From positions 1-64,000 of the forward strand of contig JANOAV010000205.1 of NCBI GenBank assembly GCA_031411295.1: 64,000 nt of DNA. Direction: 5' to 3'. This document shows positions 1 through 9,226 of the stretch, piece after piece. Positions within the stretch are counted from its first letter, which is position 1; each line of letters starts with the position of its first letter. Made by a program: the position numbers and the translations under genes. The notes below the pieces were generated by a model. That model made no database searches. It saw only the letters and a program-made list of their open reading frames with translations, and was not told the origin of the DNA. Source of the DNA: Verrucomicrobiales bacterium (GTDB taxonomy: Bacteria > Verrucomicrobiota > Verrucomicrobiia > Verrucomicrobiales > V1-33).

Positions 1-139
1 AAAACGGATCTGCGAAACGCCATCGAAGCCTTTATCCAAGCCACCAATAATCACCCGCGACCATTTGTGTGGCGCAAGAGAGAGGTCAAAGGCGCCCAGC
101 TTAGAAATACAATTGTTAACTTGTGCAACTAAGCACTAG
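1..139 (+). mobile_element. IS630-family insertion sequence, right end (transposase C-terminus 1..132, then end ...GCACTAG)
   Basis: Frame 1 reads KTDLRNAIEAFIQATNNHPRPFVWRKREVKGAQLRNTIVNLCN*, which matches the 'AI..FI...N..PxPFVW' C-terminus of IS630 transposases. CTAG at 136-139 is the typical TA/CTAG target. Truncated by the window edge. Confidence 0.8.
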
Positions 140-469
140 GACGGCGATGGAGGGCAGGGCTTTCGAGATCGGGTCTTTCACTTTGAGATGCATGATGAAG
201 GCTCCGAGCATAAGCAAGCCCATGCCGATTGCTGCTGGTTGTGACAGGCTGTGGAACCAAATGGCAGCCAGCAAAGCGACCGCCAGTCCCACCTTGAGCA
301 CACCGATCACGCACATAATCCAGTATGGCAGCCCGTAGATGGCGAATTCCTCACGCATGTTCTTCGCGTTACCACCGCGATAGGCAGTGGCCCTGTTCGT
401 TCTGAGTAGCCAGACATTGAGGATGCCAAAGGCCACGATTAATTGCAAAGCGATGATAAGGTAATTCAT
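116..469 (-). CDS. DoxX-family membrane protein; 3' end replaced by IS sequence
   Basis: About four hydrophobic segments, 'MREEFAIYGLP' and 'LMLGAFIMHLKVKDP' DoxX-like motifs. The stop codon lies inside the IS end. Confidence 0.8.
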   Translation of the reverse strand: MNYLIIALQLIVAFGILNVWLLRTNRATAYRGGNAKNMREEFAIYGLPYWIMCVIGVLKVGLAVALLAAIWFHSLSQPAAIGMGLLMLGAFIMHLKVKDPISKALPSIAVLVLSCTS

Positions 470-565
470 GAGCGTAATGAGGGATCGCTGAAGTAGTCAT
501 CGATCCGAATACTCGAGATTACTTGTCCTTGTCAGCAGTCGCAAGTGTTAGTGTTGGGCTGCAGA

Positions 566-646
566 CTATTCTTTCGGGAAAACCGCGCTGTCGATTACTC
601 GAATCACGCCGTTTGAGCTAATGGTGTTGACCCTGGCCGTCTTTAT
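566..646 (-). pseudogene. Fasciclin (FAS1) C-terminal remnant
   Basis: Minus strand reads IKTARVNTISSNGVIRVIDSAVFPKE*, similar to the FAS1 H2 motif 'ASNGVIHVIDxVLxP'. No intact upstream FAS1 frame. Confidence 0.45.
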
Positions 647-942
647 ATCAGGAGACACCTATTCAATGAGGGGGCAATAGCACCCGTTAAGCGTTGGTGA
701 ATATCCGCGCGGGCGGCTGCATGGCGGTGGTAATACCCTGAGAGCCAGTTTTCATGAGGAGTATTGAAGCAGCTGCTAGACGATCTTTGCCTCGAAGGTC
801 GGCGGAAACTAATCAGCATCCGGGTTTGTCCCAAATTCGTAACGATGCTGTAAGTTGATCCTCCCATTGACACTCATTCGACTCATGACACTGGCAAAAA
901 AATGGCAGGTGTGATCCTCGCCCAGAACTAGCTTAGACATTC

Positions 943-1419
943 ATGCCTTCCATCTTCCACCTCAGCACCCCACTCATCGCCAGTGCGACGACGATGTTCG
1001 ACTTCCACAGTGAACCTCATAATCTTCCTGAGGTATTGCCGCCGGCGTTATGGCTCCTTCCTTTGAAAACCGATAGCCCGGCTGAAAAAGAGCGCATGTT
1101 CGAGCTGCATACTCGCGACTGGTGGATCATTCCGATGCACTGGACTTGCCGATGGAAGACGGTGCAGCGACCGCATCTGCTAGTGGATGAGCTTGTGAAG
1201 GGGCCTTTCGCTTTATTTGAGCGTGAACATTGCTTTGATGCACAGGGGCCGAGCAACTGCGCGATGCATGACAGGGTCACGTATCCTTGGGGGCGCTCCT
1301 GGGGGGTGCAATTCGTTGCTGCGACTGGTGTGCGCCTCTATTTGGCGGTGTTGTTCAAGTATCGGCGCTACCGCACTCGGAAGTGGGCGGTGCAAAACGC
1401 AAGAACACAGTCCGCTTGA
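943..1419 (+). CDS. SRPBCC-family ligand-binding protein
   Basis: 'FDFHSEPHNLPEVLPP', 'VDELVKGPFALFEREHCF', 'MHDRVTY' motifs of short SRPBCC proteins. Confidence 0.7.
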   Translation: MPSIFHLSTPLIASATTMFDFHSEPHNLPEVLPPALWLLPLKTDSPAEKERMFELHTRDWWIIPMHWTCRWKTVQRPHLLVDELVKGPFALFEREHCFDAQGPSNCAMHDRVTYPWGRSWGVQFVAATGVRLYLAVLFKYRRYRTRKWAVQNARTQSA

Positions 1420-2708
1420 TGGACATCAACCGCAAACTCGAAATACTGGCTGACGCTGCGAAGTATGATGCTTCCTGCGCCAGCAGTGGGGCTGCGAAGA
1501 AGGACTCTCGTGGCAGCACGGGCGTGGGCAGCACTGGGGGCTCGGGGATTTGTCATTCCTACACGCCGGATGGGCGCTGCGTGTCGCTGCTGAAGGTGCT
1601 GATGACGAATGCCTGTTTGTATGATTGTCACTACTGCATCAACCGGCGCTCCAGCAATGTGACTCGGGCACGGTTCACACCGGACGAGGTTGTGAAGTTG
1701 ACGCTGGATTTCTACAAGCGGAACTACATCGAGGGACTGTTCCTTAGTAGCGGCATCATTCGCAGTGCGGATCACACGATGGAGCTGGTGATTGAAGTCG
1801 CACGGAAGTTACGCGAGGAGCATCACTTCCGCGGCTACATTCATTTAAAGACCATCCCGGAGGCCTCGCAGGCACTCATCGCGCTGGCAGGGCGATATGC
1901 AGACCGGATCAGCATTAACATCGAACTGCCAACGCAGCAGGGTTTAACGACGCTAGCACCTGAAAAAAATCTGGCGCGCACGGAGGAGGCCATGGGACAC
2001 ATTCGGGGGAAAATTGACGAGCGCTATGCTGAGAAACGCAAGCCCGATGCCCCCAAGCCACCGCCGTTCGCCACAGGCCAAAGCACGCAGATGCTGGTGG
2101 GTGCGGATGCCTCCACGGATGCGACGATTCTGGGCTGCGCGGACAAGCTCTACACGGCTCACCGGTTGAAACGGGTCTATTATTCGGCCTTCAGTCCGAT
2201 CCCGGAGCCGTCTTCGATTTTGCCTCTCAAAGCACCGCCATTGATCCGCGAGCATCGGCTTTATCAGGCGGATTGGTTGCTGCGGTTCTATGACTTCAAA
2301 GTGGAGGAAATCGCTTCGGCGGCGGCTCCAAATCTTGATCTAGCACTGGACCCAAAACTGTCCTGGGCGCTGCGGAATCGCGAGACTTTCCCTGTCGATA
2401 TCAACAAAGCAGCCCGCGAGATGCTGCTGCGCATTCCCGGCCTCGGAGTGCGCAATGTGGAGCGCATTGTAAGTGCCCGGCGCTACACTCGACTGCGTTT
2501 GGCAGACCTGATTCGACTGCGATTGCAGCTAAAAAAGCTGCTGCCTTTCATCATCACAGCAGATCATCACCCGGCCAAGGTGGGGCTGGATAGTGAGTCG
2601 CTGCGCGCAAGATTTTTACCACCACCGGAGCAGCTTGAGCTCAATTTCGACACGCCGCCCGCACCGGCTGCTAGCGACTTCCGCTCGGTGAGATCAGGAG
2701 AACTATAG
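1419..2708 (+). CDS. Putative DNA modification/repair radical SAM protein (TIGR03916-type)
   Basis: 'KLEILADAAKYDASCASSG', 'GICHSYTPDGRCVSLLK', CxxxCxxC (CLYDCHYC), 'REHRLYQADWLLRFY', HhH 'LLRIPGLG'. Start moved to ATG 1419, which overlaps the SRPBCC TGA. Confidence 0.92.
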   Translation: MDINRKLEILADAAKYDASCASSGAAKKDSRGSTGVGSTGGSGICHSYTPDGRCVSLLKVLMTNACLYDCHYCINRRSSNVTRARFTPDEVVKLTLDFYKRNYIEGLFLSSGIIRSADHTMELVIEVARKLREEHHFRGYIHLKTIPEASQALIALAGRYADRISINIELPTQQGLTTLAPEKNLARTEEAMGHIRGKIDERYAEKRKPDAPKPPPFATGQSTQMLVGADASTDATILGCADKLYTAHRLKRVYYSAFSPIPEPSSILPLKAPPLIREHRLYQADWLLRFYDFKVEEIASAAAPNLDLALDPKLSWALRNRETFPVDINKAAREMLLRIPGLGVRNVERIVSARRYTRLRLADLIRLRLQLKKLLPFIITADHHPAKVGLDSESLRARFLPPPEQLELNFDTPPAPAASDFRSVRSGEL

Positions 2709-2715
2709 ACTGATT

Positions 2716-3603
2716 ATGCGCACCATCGTCATCAAACCGGAGTATGAAGCGTGGCGAACCGCAGCTCGCCAACTTCTCGCCCAAGGTGTGAAGCCTGACG
2801 AAGTGCTTTGGACGGATGATCCGCAAGAGGCTTCGTTGTTCGTCGGTGAGGATCTCCTGGCAAAACCGCCAGCGGCAGAAGCAATCAAAGTGCCATCCGC
2901 CTTCATGGACATGGCGAAGAGTGCGGCGGCGCACACAGATTCAAAGCGTTGGGCGCTGCTCTATCGCGTGCTTTGGCGGCTGACGCTGGGCGGGGAGCGG
3001 CATTTGCTTTCCATGGCCACGGATCGCGATGTGCGTCAGATGCAGGACTGGTGCAAGGCGGTGGGTCGTGACATTCACAAAATGCATGCGTTTGTTCGCT
3101 TTCGACTGGTCGGTGTGGACAGTGCGACGGGGCGCGAGCAGTTCGTGGCGTGGTTCGAGCCGGATCATCGCATCGTGCGATTAGCGACGCCGTTTTTTGA
3201 GAAACGATTCGCAGGCATGGACTGGTCCATCCTCACGCCGTATGAGTGCGCGCACTGGGATGGCCAGCGGCTGCACTTCACGTCTGGAGTGCCTCGCAGC
3301 AGCGCCCCAGATGAGGACGCACTGGATGATCTCTGGCGCACTTACTACCGGAACATCTTCAATCCGGCACGTGTCAAAATCAGCGCCATGCAGTCGGAGA
3401 TGCCGAAGAAGTATTGGAAGAATCTGCCCGAGGCTCCGCTCATTGCGGGCCTCATTGCGGAGAGCGCTGGTCGTGTGCAAGGGATGTTGGAAACTGAAGA
3501 GCGCCCCGCGAAACCAGCGCCCAACAACGCCTATTTGAAATCGCTTCATGACATGAACCAAAGCGATACGGCTGAATCAACTGGGGAATCCGACAAGTCA
3601 TGA
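2716..3603 (+). CDS. TIGR03915/DUF4130-family putative DNA metabolism protein (no fused UDG domain)
   Basis: '[13 protein letters not shown]', 'WFEPDH', '[14 protein letters not shown]', '[12 protein letters not shown]'. Usual partner of the upstream radical SAM gene. Confidence 0.88.
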   Translation: MRTIVIKPEYEAWRTAARQLLAQGVKPDEVLWTDDPQEASLFVGEDLLAKPPAAEAIKVPSAFMDMAKSAAAHTDSKRWALLYRVLWRLTLGGERHLLSMATDRDVRQMQDWCKAVGRDIHKMHAFVRFRLVGVDSATGREQFVAWFEPDHRIVRLATPFFEKRFAGMDWSILTPYECAHWDGQRLHFTSGVPRSSAPDEDALDDLWRTYYRNIFNPARVKISAMQSEMPKKYWKNLPEAPLIAGLIAESAGRVQGMLETEERPAKPAPNNAYLKSLHDMNQSDTAESTGESDKS

Positions 3604-3740
3604 GAGGCGTGAAGAAGCAGGACCTTCCATCCAAGATTTGCCTTGTCTGTGGACGACCCTTCACTTGGCGCAAGAAGTGGGAAAGGGTCTGGGATGAAGT
3701 GAAGTTTTGCAGTGATCGCTGCCGACGGAGCAGGCCGTGA
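3600..3740 (+). CDS. DUF2256 small Zn-finger-like protein (46 aa, absent from ORF track)
   Basis: [50 protein letters not shown] overlap with the upstream gene. Confidence 0.9.
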   Translation: MRGVKKQDLPSKICLVCGRPFTWRKKWERVWDEVKFCSDRCRRSRP

Positions 3741-3820
3741 TGGGGTCTGTGTTTTCAGCTCTCCCAGTTGGTTGTGATCACTAGACAAGACCCACGCAAG
3801 GTCCTCTCAGCGCGGGGTGA

Positions 3821-4063
3821 TCACTCGTCATCAAACAGACCCTCCAAATGTCGTTCAAGTAATCGGCGGTGCTTGGTGATTCTGCCAGTGACACGTTTGC
3901 GCCACATGCGAAAACTGGAGGGCTTCAGCTCACGGCGCATCACATCGATGACCTGTTTTTCAGTAAGTCCAGTGCGATCCTCGATCTGCTCGAACGTGGT
4001 GCGATCTTCCCACGCATAGCGAATGATGCGGGAGACTTGTTCAGGCGTGGCAGTCGTTTTCAT
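3821..4063 (-). CDS. TIGR03643/DUF2805-family protein
   Basis: 'AWEDRTTFEQI...GLTEKQVIDVMRRELKPSSFRMWRKRV'. The start at 4063 overlaps the photolyase stop (ATGA). Confidence 0.88.
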   Translation of the reverse strand: MKTTATPEQVSRIIRYAWEDRTTFEQIEDRTGLTEKQVIDVMRRELKPSSFRMWRKRVTGRITKHRRLLERHLEGLFDDE

Positions 4064-5298
4064 GACATGGGAAGCTGTTTGAGGTGACGGCTCATCTTTT
4101 CCCAAAAAGGAAAGAATCCCGCGGTGGCGAAGGAGAAAGCAGTGGCATCGGAAGCTCTACGAATCAGGGTTAGCCGAGTTCCCATTGATTCAAGACTCGC
4201 CCTGAGGCTTGGCAGCATGTCGTGGATCGGACCCACCATGGGCGCAAAAGCGACCACTTCAGCAAGCTCTTGCTCCCGAACCCAAGAACAGAGTCCAGCC
4301 ACCGGATCGATGGCTTCGAGGGCGACTGAAGGACAAGCATAGTGAGCAGTCGCTCTGGCAAGACCATCACCCAGCACCGTGTGAAGCGACGCGATGCGCT
4401 GACTGCTTAGCTGGTAGATTTCCGAATAAACATGGTCGCTGAGACAAGCAGCAATGCTGACGGGAGCGAGTGCTGCCAGAGGTCCAATCTCGGGTGTCAG
4501 ATCATCGGGGTGGAGCCACAGACCCGTCCGCTTGCTGGTCTGACCAAGAGTCGTTGGATACTGTGCTAGTGTCTGTTTGCCAACATCGCCAAGGTCCTCA
4601 AACACGCTGGCGACTACTGATCCATCAGCCAGTCGTTCGCTGCCTGCTGAATTTTCCTTCAGATAATCAGGTGCGTATTTCTGGATGTTTGAGAGCCTCA
4701 CGAGATAGCTCTTGCCGAGAGTTTGCAAACCCGCGACCCAGCGCCACGAAAGCGTGTTACTGGCGGGATCCGCATCCAGCAGATGTCTAAAGAAGAAGTC
4801 GGCACCCAGTTCCCACGGTAGTTTCTCCACATGAATCCAAAAACTCGCCCACCACATCCGAGCGTGATTGTGGAGATAGCCCGTCTCGATCAACTCACGG
4901 GCGATTGCATCCATGCAGGCAACGCCGCTCTGCCCAGACATGACCGCTCTACCGCGAGCCAGCACTTCTTCCGGTAGTTGCTGGTTGAGTCGCCAAACCT
5001 GATGTCGCCACTGGGACCAAATGTGTGGGCGCATCTCAAGCCACCCTTTCCAGTAGCGACGCCAGCACACTTCCTGAAGCCATTTTTCCGCCACTTGGAA
5101 GGGATGGGCGGCCAAGGTTTCGGCGATGACCTCATCTTCCAGCAGGGTGCGGAAGCGAATGCATGCGCTCAAGCGTGAAACATTAGCATGCTCGGCTTGC
5201 ACATGATTTCGAGAACCGCTGTAGTCTGCCAAGTTTGAGACAAAGGCTCTCCAGAAATGAAGAGCATAATGGCGGGTCAGCGGTGCAAGCGGTTGCAT
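4060..5298 (-). CDS. Short photolyase with N-terminal FAD-binding domain (NewPHL-like)
   Basis: 'VSRLS', 'QEVCWRRYW', 'ELIETGYLHNHARMWWAS', 'LLDADPASNTLSWRWVAG' all lie in the N-terminal half; 412 aa. Confidence 0.85.
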   Translation of the reverse strand: MQPLAPLTRHYALHFWRAFVSNLADYSGSRNHVQAEHANVSRLSACIRFRTLLEDEVIAETLAAHPFQVAEKWLQEVCWRRYWKGWLEMRPHIWSQWRHQVWRLNQQLPEEVLARGRAVMSGQSGVACMDAIARELIETGYLHNHARMWWASFWIHVEKLPWELGADFFFRHLLDADPASNTLSWRWVAGLQTLGKSYLVRLSNIQKYAPDYLKENSAGSERLADGSVVASVFEDLGDVGKQTLAQYPTTLGQTSKRTGLWLHPDDLTPEIGPLAALAPVSIAACLSDHVYSEIYQLSSQRIASLHTVLGDGLARATAHYACPSVALEAIDPVAGLCSWVREQELAEVVAFAPMVGPIHDMLPSLRASLESMGTRLTLIRRASDATAFSFATAGFFPFWEKMSRHLKQLPMS

Positions 5299-5466
5299 GT
5301 TTTACAAATTGGATACTGCATTTGGGTATGCGGCGTAAACTCTTGACACCGCAATTTCCAAACGCTCGGCATGCAGATTGAGATGCGCCGAGTGCGGCGG
5401 ACTCCGCGGTTGAGTCACGCACGTATCTAAATGTCATCATTTTTTCCACACTAAAATCCCGTTCCC

Positions 5467-7035
5467 ATGCGCAATCTCATCCTCATTCTGGGCGACCAGC
5501 TCAATGCCGACTCTGCCGCCTTCGATGATTTTGATTCCAGCCTTGATGCTGTCTGGATGGCCGAGGTGGCGCATGAGAGCAGCAAGGTCTGGAGCAGCAA
5601 ACCACGCACCGCCGTTTTCCTGTCTGCCATGCGCCACTTTCGCGAGGCGCTTCGATCCAAAGGATGGAAGGTCTTTTACCGCGAACTCACCACCCAGGGG
5701 GGCGCATGGAATGGAACAACCGGCCCAGCAAAGAAGAGCAGCGCTGAGACTTTCACGGCTGCGCTTGCTGAGTCCACAGCGCGACTGAAACCAGAGAAAT
5801 GGATCATCGTCGAGCCTGGAGAATGGAGTGTGAAGGAAGAGATTTGCGCTGCGGCGGTAGCGGCAGGAGTGGACTTGGATATGCGAGAGGATCGGCACTT
5901 TCTCTGCACTCACGCTCAGTTTGCTGCTCATGCGGAAGGCCGTAAACAACTGCGCATGGAGTTCTTCTATCGCGAGATGAGACAACGTCAAAACGTGCTC
6001 ATGGAGAAGGGCAAGCCGGTGGGAGGTGCCTGGAACTTTGATAGCGAAAACCGCAAGAGCTTCGGCAAAGAAGGACCGCCCCTCCATCTGCCGCCGCGTC
6101 GGTTTGAGCCAGATGCCATCACGAGAGAAGTGATCGCGCTCGTGAATGAGCGATTTGCAGATCATCCCGGAGATCTCGCAGCATTTGATTGGCCTCTCAC
6201 AGCGGAGGACGCACAGATCGCGTTGGAAGATTTCATCGCGCATCGCCTGACTGAGTTTGGTGATTGGCAGGACGCCATGTGGACTGCTGAGCCCTGGCTC
6301 TTTCACTCGCGCCTCAGCGTCGCCATGAATCTCAAACTGCTCGATCCACGCAAAGTCATCGCGGCAGCAGAGAATGAATGGAAGCAGGGACGGGCACCGC
6401 TCGCAGGTGTGGAGGGATTCATCCGACAGATCCTCGGCTGGCGCGAGTATGTGCGTGGCATCTACTGGCAGCAAATGCCCAACTACGTGGAACTCAACGC
6501 CCTCGGTGCTGACCAACCCTTACCCGCTTTCTATTGGACTGGCGAAACCGACATGGCGTGTATGCGTGATGCCCTGGGTCAAACATTGCGCCTCGGCTAT
6601 GCGCATCACATTCAGCGACTCATGGTTACGGGCCTCTACGCGCTCATGTTCGGCGTGCGTCCGGGCGAAGTCCACGAGTGGTATCTCGCCGTGTATGTCG
6701 ATGCCGTCGAGTGGGTGGAGCTACCCAACACGCTGGGCATGTCCCAGCACGCCGATGGCGGCCTCATGGCCAGCAAGCCCTACATCGCCACCGGCAAATA
6801 CATTCAGCGCATGAGCAACTACTGCTCCGGCTGCCGCTACAATCCCGCCGAAAGCACCGGTCCCACCGCCTGCCCCTTCACCACCCTCTACTGGGATTTC
6901 CTCCTCCAGCACGAACCCGCCATGCGGAAGAACCAACGCATGGTCATGCAAGTGAGGAACCTCACGCGTCTTGATGAAACCAAGCGCGATGCCATCCGAA
7001 CCCAGGCGTCACAGCTGCGGCAAGCTCAAGCATAG
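5467..7035 (+). CDS. phrB: FeS-containing bacterial (6-4) photolyase/cryptochrome (CryPro/FeS-BCP)
   Basis: 'LILILGDQL', 'LRMEFFYREMR', 'EGFIRQILGWREY', 'YAHHIQRLMV', Cys cluster 'YCSGCRY...ACPF'. Confidence 0.92.
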   Translation: MRNLILILGDQLNADSAAFDDFDSSLDAVWMAEVAHESSKVWSSKPRTAVFLSAMRHFREALRSKGWKVFYRELTTQGGAWNGTTGPAKKSSAETFTAALAESTARLKPEKWIIVEPGEWSVKEEICAAAVAAGVDLDMREDRHFLCTHAQFAAHAEGRKQLRMEFFYREMRQRQNVLMEKGKPVGGAWNFDSENRKSFGKEGPPLHLPPRRFEPDAITREVIALVNERFADHPGDLAAFDWPLTAEDAQIALEDFIAHRLTEFGDWQDAMWTAEPWLFHSRLSVAMNLKLLDPRKVIAAAENEWKQGRAPLAGVEGFIRQILGWREYVRGIYWQQMPNYVELNALGADQPLPAFYWTGETDMACMRDALGQTLRLGYAHHIQRLMVTGLYALMFGVRPGEVHEWYLAVYVDAVEWVELPNTLGMSQHADGGLMASKPYIATGKYIQRMSNYCSGCRYNPAESTGPTACPFTTLYWDFLLQHEPAMRKNQRMVMQVRNLTRLDETKRDAIRTQASQLRQAQA

Positions 7036-7841
7036 ACCTTCGCATAACTCGAAGCGATCTCGTCGAGGAAGACGTGCTGATCGGTGGCCCACCACTTGTT
7101 TGAGAAGATCTCGACTTCGCGATGGCCGGTGAAGCCGGTGGCGTCTACCCAGTCGCTGATTTCGCGAATGTTGATGCAGCCTTCGCCCATCAGGCCTCGG
7201 TCGTTGAGGAGATCGGTGGTTGGGGTTTTCCAATCGCAGATGTGGAAGGCATGGAGGCGGCCCGTGCGGCCTGTGAGGTCGATTTGCTCTTTCAACTCGG
7301 GGTCCCACCAGACGTGATAGACATCGACGGCAATGCCGAGCATTTTCGGTGATCCGAGAGCATCGCAAATCTCGTGTGACTGGCGCATGGTGTTCACCGC
7401 ACTGCGGTCATCGGCATACATGGGGTGCAGCGGCTCGATGGCGAGTTTCACGCCTGCTTGCTCGGCGGCAGGCAGCACCGCAGCGATGCCATCGGTGATC
7501 TGTTTGCGCGATTCGAGAAGGCTTTGGCCAGGGACGGCACCACAGACCAACACGATGAGCTGCGCGCCAATGGCGTGGGCTTGCTCGATGGCGAGGAGAT
7601 TGTCATCAATCGCTGCCTGACGACCTGCTGCTGTAGCCGATGGGAAAAAGCCGCCACGACACAGGCTGACGACATCCATGCCGGAGTCCGCCGTTTGGCG
7701 CTTCACCGTAGCAAGATCACGACCTTCCAGCGCTTGCCGCCAGATGGTGATGCCGCTGACTCCGCGCTTGGGGAACTCGACGAGACATTCGTCGAGGTTC
7801 AAGGGCTTGGTGGTGATAGTGTGGACGCAAAGTCTGCTCAT
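7026..7841 (-). CDS. Sugar phosphate isomerase/epimerase (xylose-isomerase TIM barrel)
   Basis: 'LAIEPLHP', 'DVYHVWWD', 'FHICDW', 'DRGLMGEG', 'EVEIF'. Confidence 0.88.
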   Translation of the reverse strand: MSRLCVHTITTKPLNLDECLVEFPKRGVSGITIWRQALEGRDLATVKRQTADSGMDVVSLCRGGFFPSATAAGRQAAIDDNLLAIEQAHAIGAQLIVLVCGAVPGQSLLESRKQITDGIAAVLPAAEQAGVKLAIEPLHPMYADDRSAVNTMRQSHEICDALGSPKMLGIAVDVYHVWWDPELKEQIDLTGRTGRLHAFHICDWKTPTTDLLNDRGLMGEGCINIREISDWVDATGFTGHREVEIFSNKWWATDQHVFLDEIASSYAKVYA

Positions 7842-7912
7842 GCGGCACCATGATGCTCAAATTTTACTGCTGGTAAATCAGTTCTTTCCGATTAAATTGA
7901 ATGGAAATACCG

Positions 7913-8788
7913 ATGGAACTCTACCAACTTGAATACTTCATGGAAGCGGCCCGGCAGCGCAACTTCACCCGTGCGGCCGCGCAACTGCATTTGGCGCAGG
8001 CTGCGCTGAGCGAGCAAATGCGCAAGCTGGAAACCGAACTAGGCACGCCGCTTTTTACCCGTGGTCGGCGGGAGACGGTGCTTACTGCGGCTGGCGAAAC
8101 GTTGCGGCAACACGCGGAAGGATTGCTGGAACGGGCCGATGCCGCCAAACGGGCGGTGCAAGATGTCGTGGGACTGCGCAGCGGTCGATTGGCGATCGGG
8201 ACCATCCCCTCGGTCAGTGCGTGTTTGCTGCCGGGCGTCATTGCTGCGTTTCGCAAACTTCATCCGCTCATCGAACTCGCCCTTTTTGAAGGCACATCGG
8301 AGGCAGTGGCACAGTCGGTGGAGAGCGGACGGGTGGAATTCGGGATCGTGCAACTGCCCACCACCAGCGGTAGTTTTGATGAGCAAATGCTTTTCACGGA
8401 ACCTTTCGTGGTGCTTGTCGCAAAAGCCAATCCAGCCGCGAAACAAAAGACCATCAGCTTGGCCAAGCTTGCGGACAAACCCTTCATTCTCTACAAAGGC
8501 CGGGCACGTGATACCGCTCTTACCGCCTGTCGCGCTGCGGGATTCGAGCCGCGCATCGCCTGTGAGAGTAGTGAACTGGAAACGATTCGTTCGCTGGTGG
8601 CGGCAGGTCTTGGGATCGCCATTCTGCCGCAGCTTGCTACGAGAGAACCCACCCCGGGATGCACTGTGGTGTGCTTGTGCGACAATCCCGCCGAGCGTCA
8701 GGTGGCTTTGCTTAGTCGCTCAGGACACAAAGCTTCACCAAGTGCGGCGGTGTTTCGAGCAATGCTGGGGAGGCGCGATTTTACTTAA
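7913..8788 (+). CDS. LysR-family transcriptional regulator
   Basis: N-terminal HTH 'NFTRAAAQLHLAQAALSEQMRKLETELGTPLF' plus substrate-binding domain. Divergent from the epimerase gene. Confidence 0.93.
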   Translation: MELYQLEYFMEAARQRNFTRAAAQLHLAQAALSEQMRKLETELGTPLFTRGRRETVLTAAGETLRQHAEGLLERADAAKRAVQDVVGLRSGRLAIGTIPSVSACLLPGVIAAFRKLHPLIELALFEGTSEAVAQSVESGRVEFGIVQLPTTSGSFDEQMLFTEPFVVLVAKANPAAKQKTISLAKLADKPFILYKGRARDTALTACRAAGFEPRIACESSELETIRSLVAAGLGIAILPQLATREPTPGCTVVCLCDNPAERQVALLSRSGHKASPSAAVFRAMLGRRDFT

Positions 8789-8894
8789 ATCTATACAGAA
8801 CGGGGTTGGGGGATTCCATGCGATTTGTCACGGGGCAGCTTTCATGACGGGCTCGCCATTGCGGGTGGCGGGAGTGGTGGGCAGGCGGCGTGTG

Positions 8895-9209
8895 ATGGCC
8901 AAGGCCGCGTCCCCCCCTGATGTCGCAGCTGGAAATTTACCCCTGTTAGCACAGGAAGGTATTACTAACTCCTTCAAGCGACACCCCGCCGGCATCGTCA
9001 CCCTGCTAGGGAGGTTCACGCCTGCCAGCGTTTCTGGCAGCATCAAAGACGACGGCTGCGGCTTCGATCCCGAATCCGCCCTCGGCCCTCAATCCGGGCA
9101 TTTCGTCCTCCATGGCATGAAAGAAGGCGTCAAACGACTCGGAGGGAAGCTCATCATTATCAGCGTCCCGGGGGCAGGGACTACCGTTACGGCTTACCTG
9201 CGGCAGTGA
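8895..9209 (+). pseudogene. Sensor histidine kinase remnant (NarX/UhpB-type HATPase_c only)
   Basis: 'AQEGITNSFK', 'IKDDGCGFD', 'GHFVLHGMKE', 'SVPGAGTTV' are N/G1/G2 boxes, degenerate. No H-box or sensor domain. Confidence 0.7.
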
Positions 9210-9226
9210 GTCCTGATGATCTCGCA

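Noticed and set aside
5299..5466. Specific light-regulator (CarH/LitR or LexA) site between the photolyases
   Set aside because: TTGACA and a weak hairpin are present, but no convincing repeated operator.
8061..8894. N-terminal part of the 382-aa track ORF
   Set aside because: Alternative frame over LysR; only the tail has kinase similarity.
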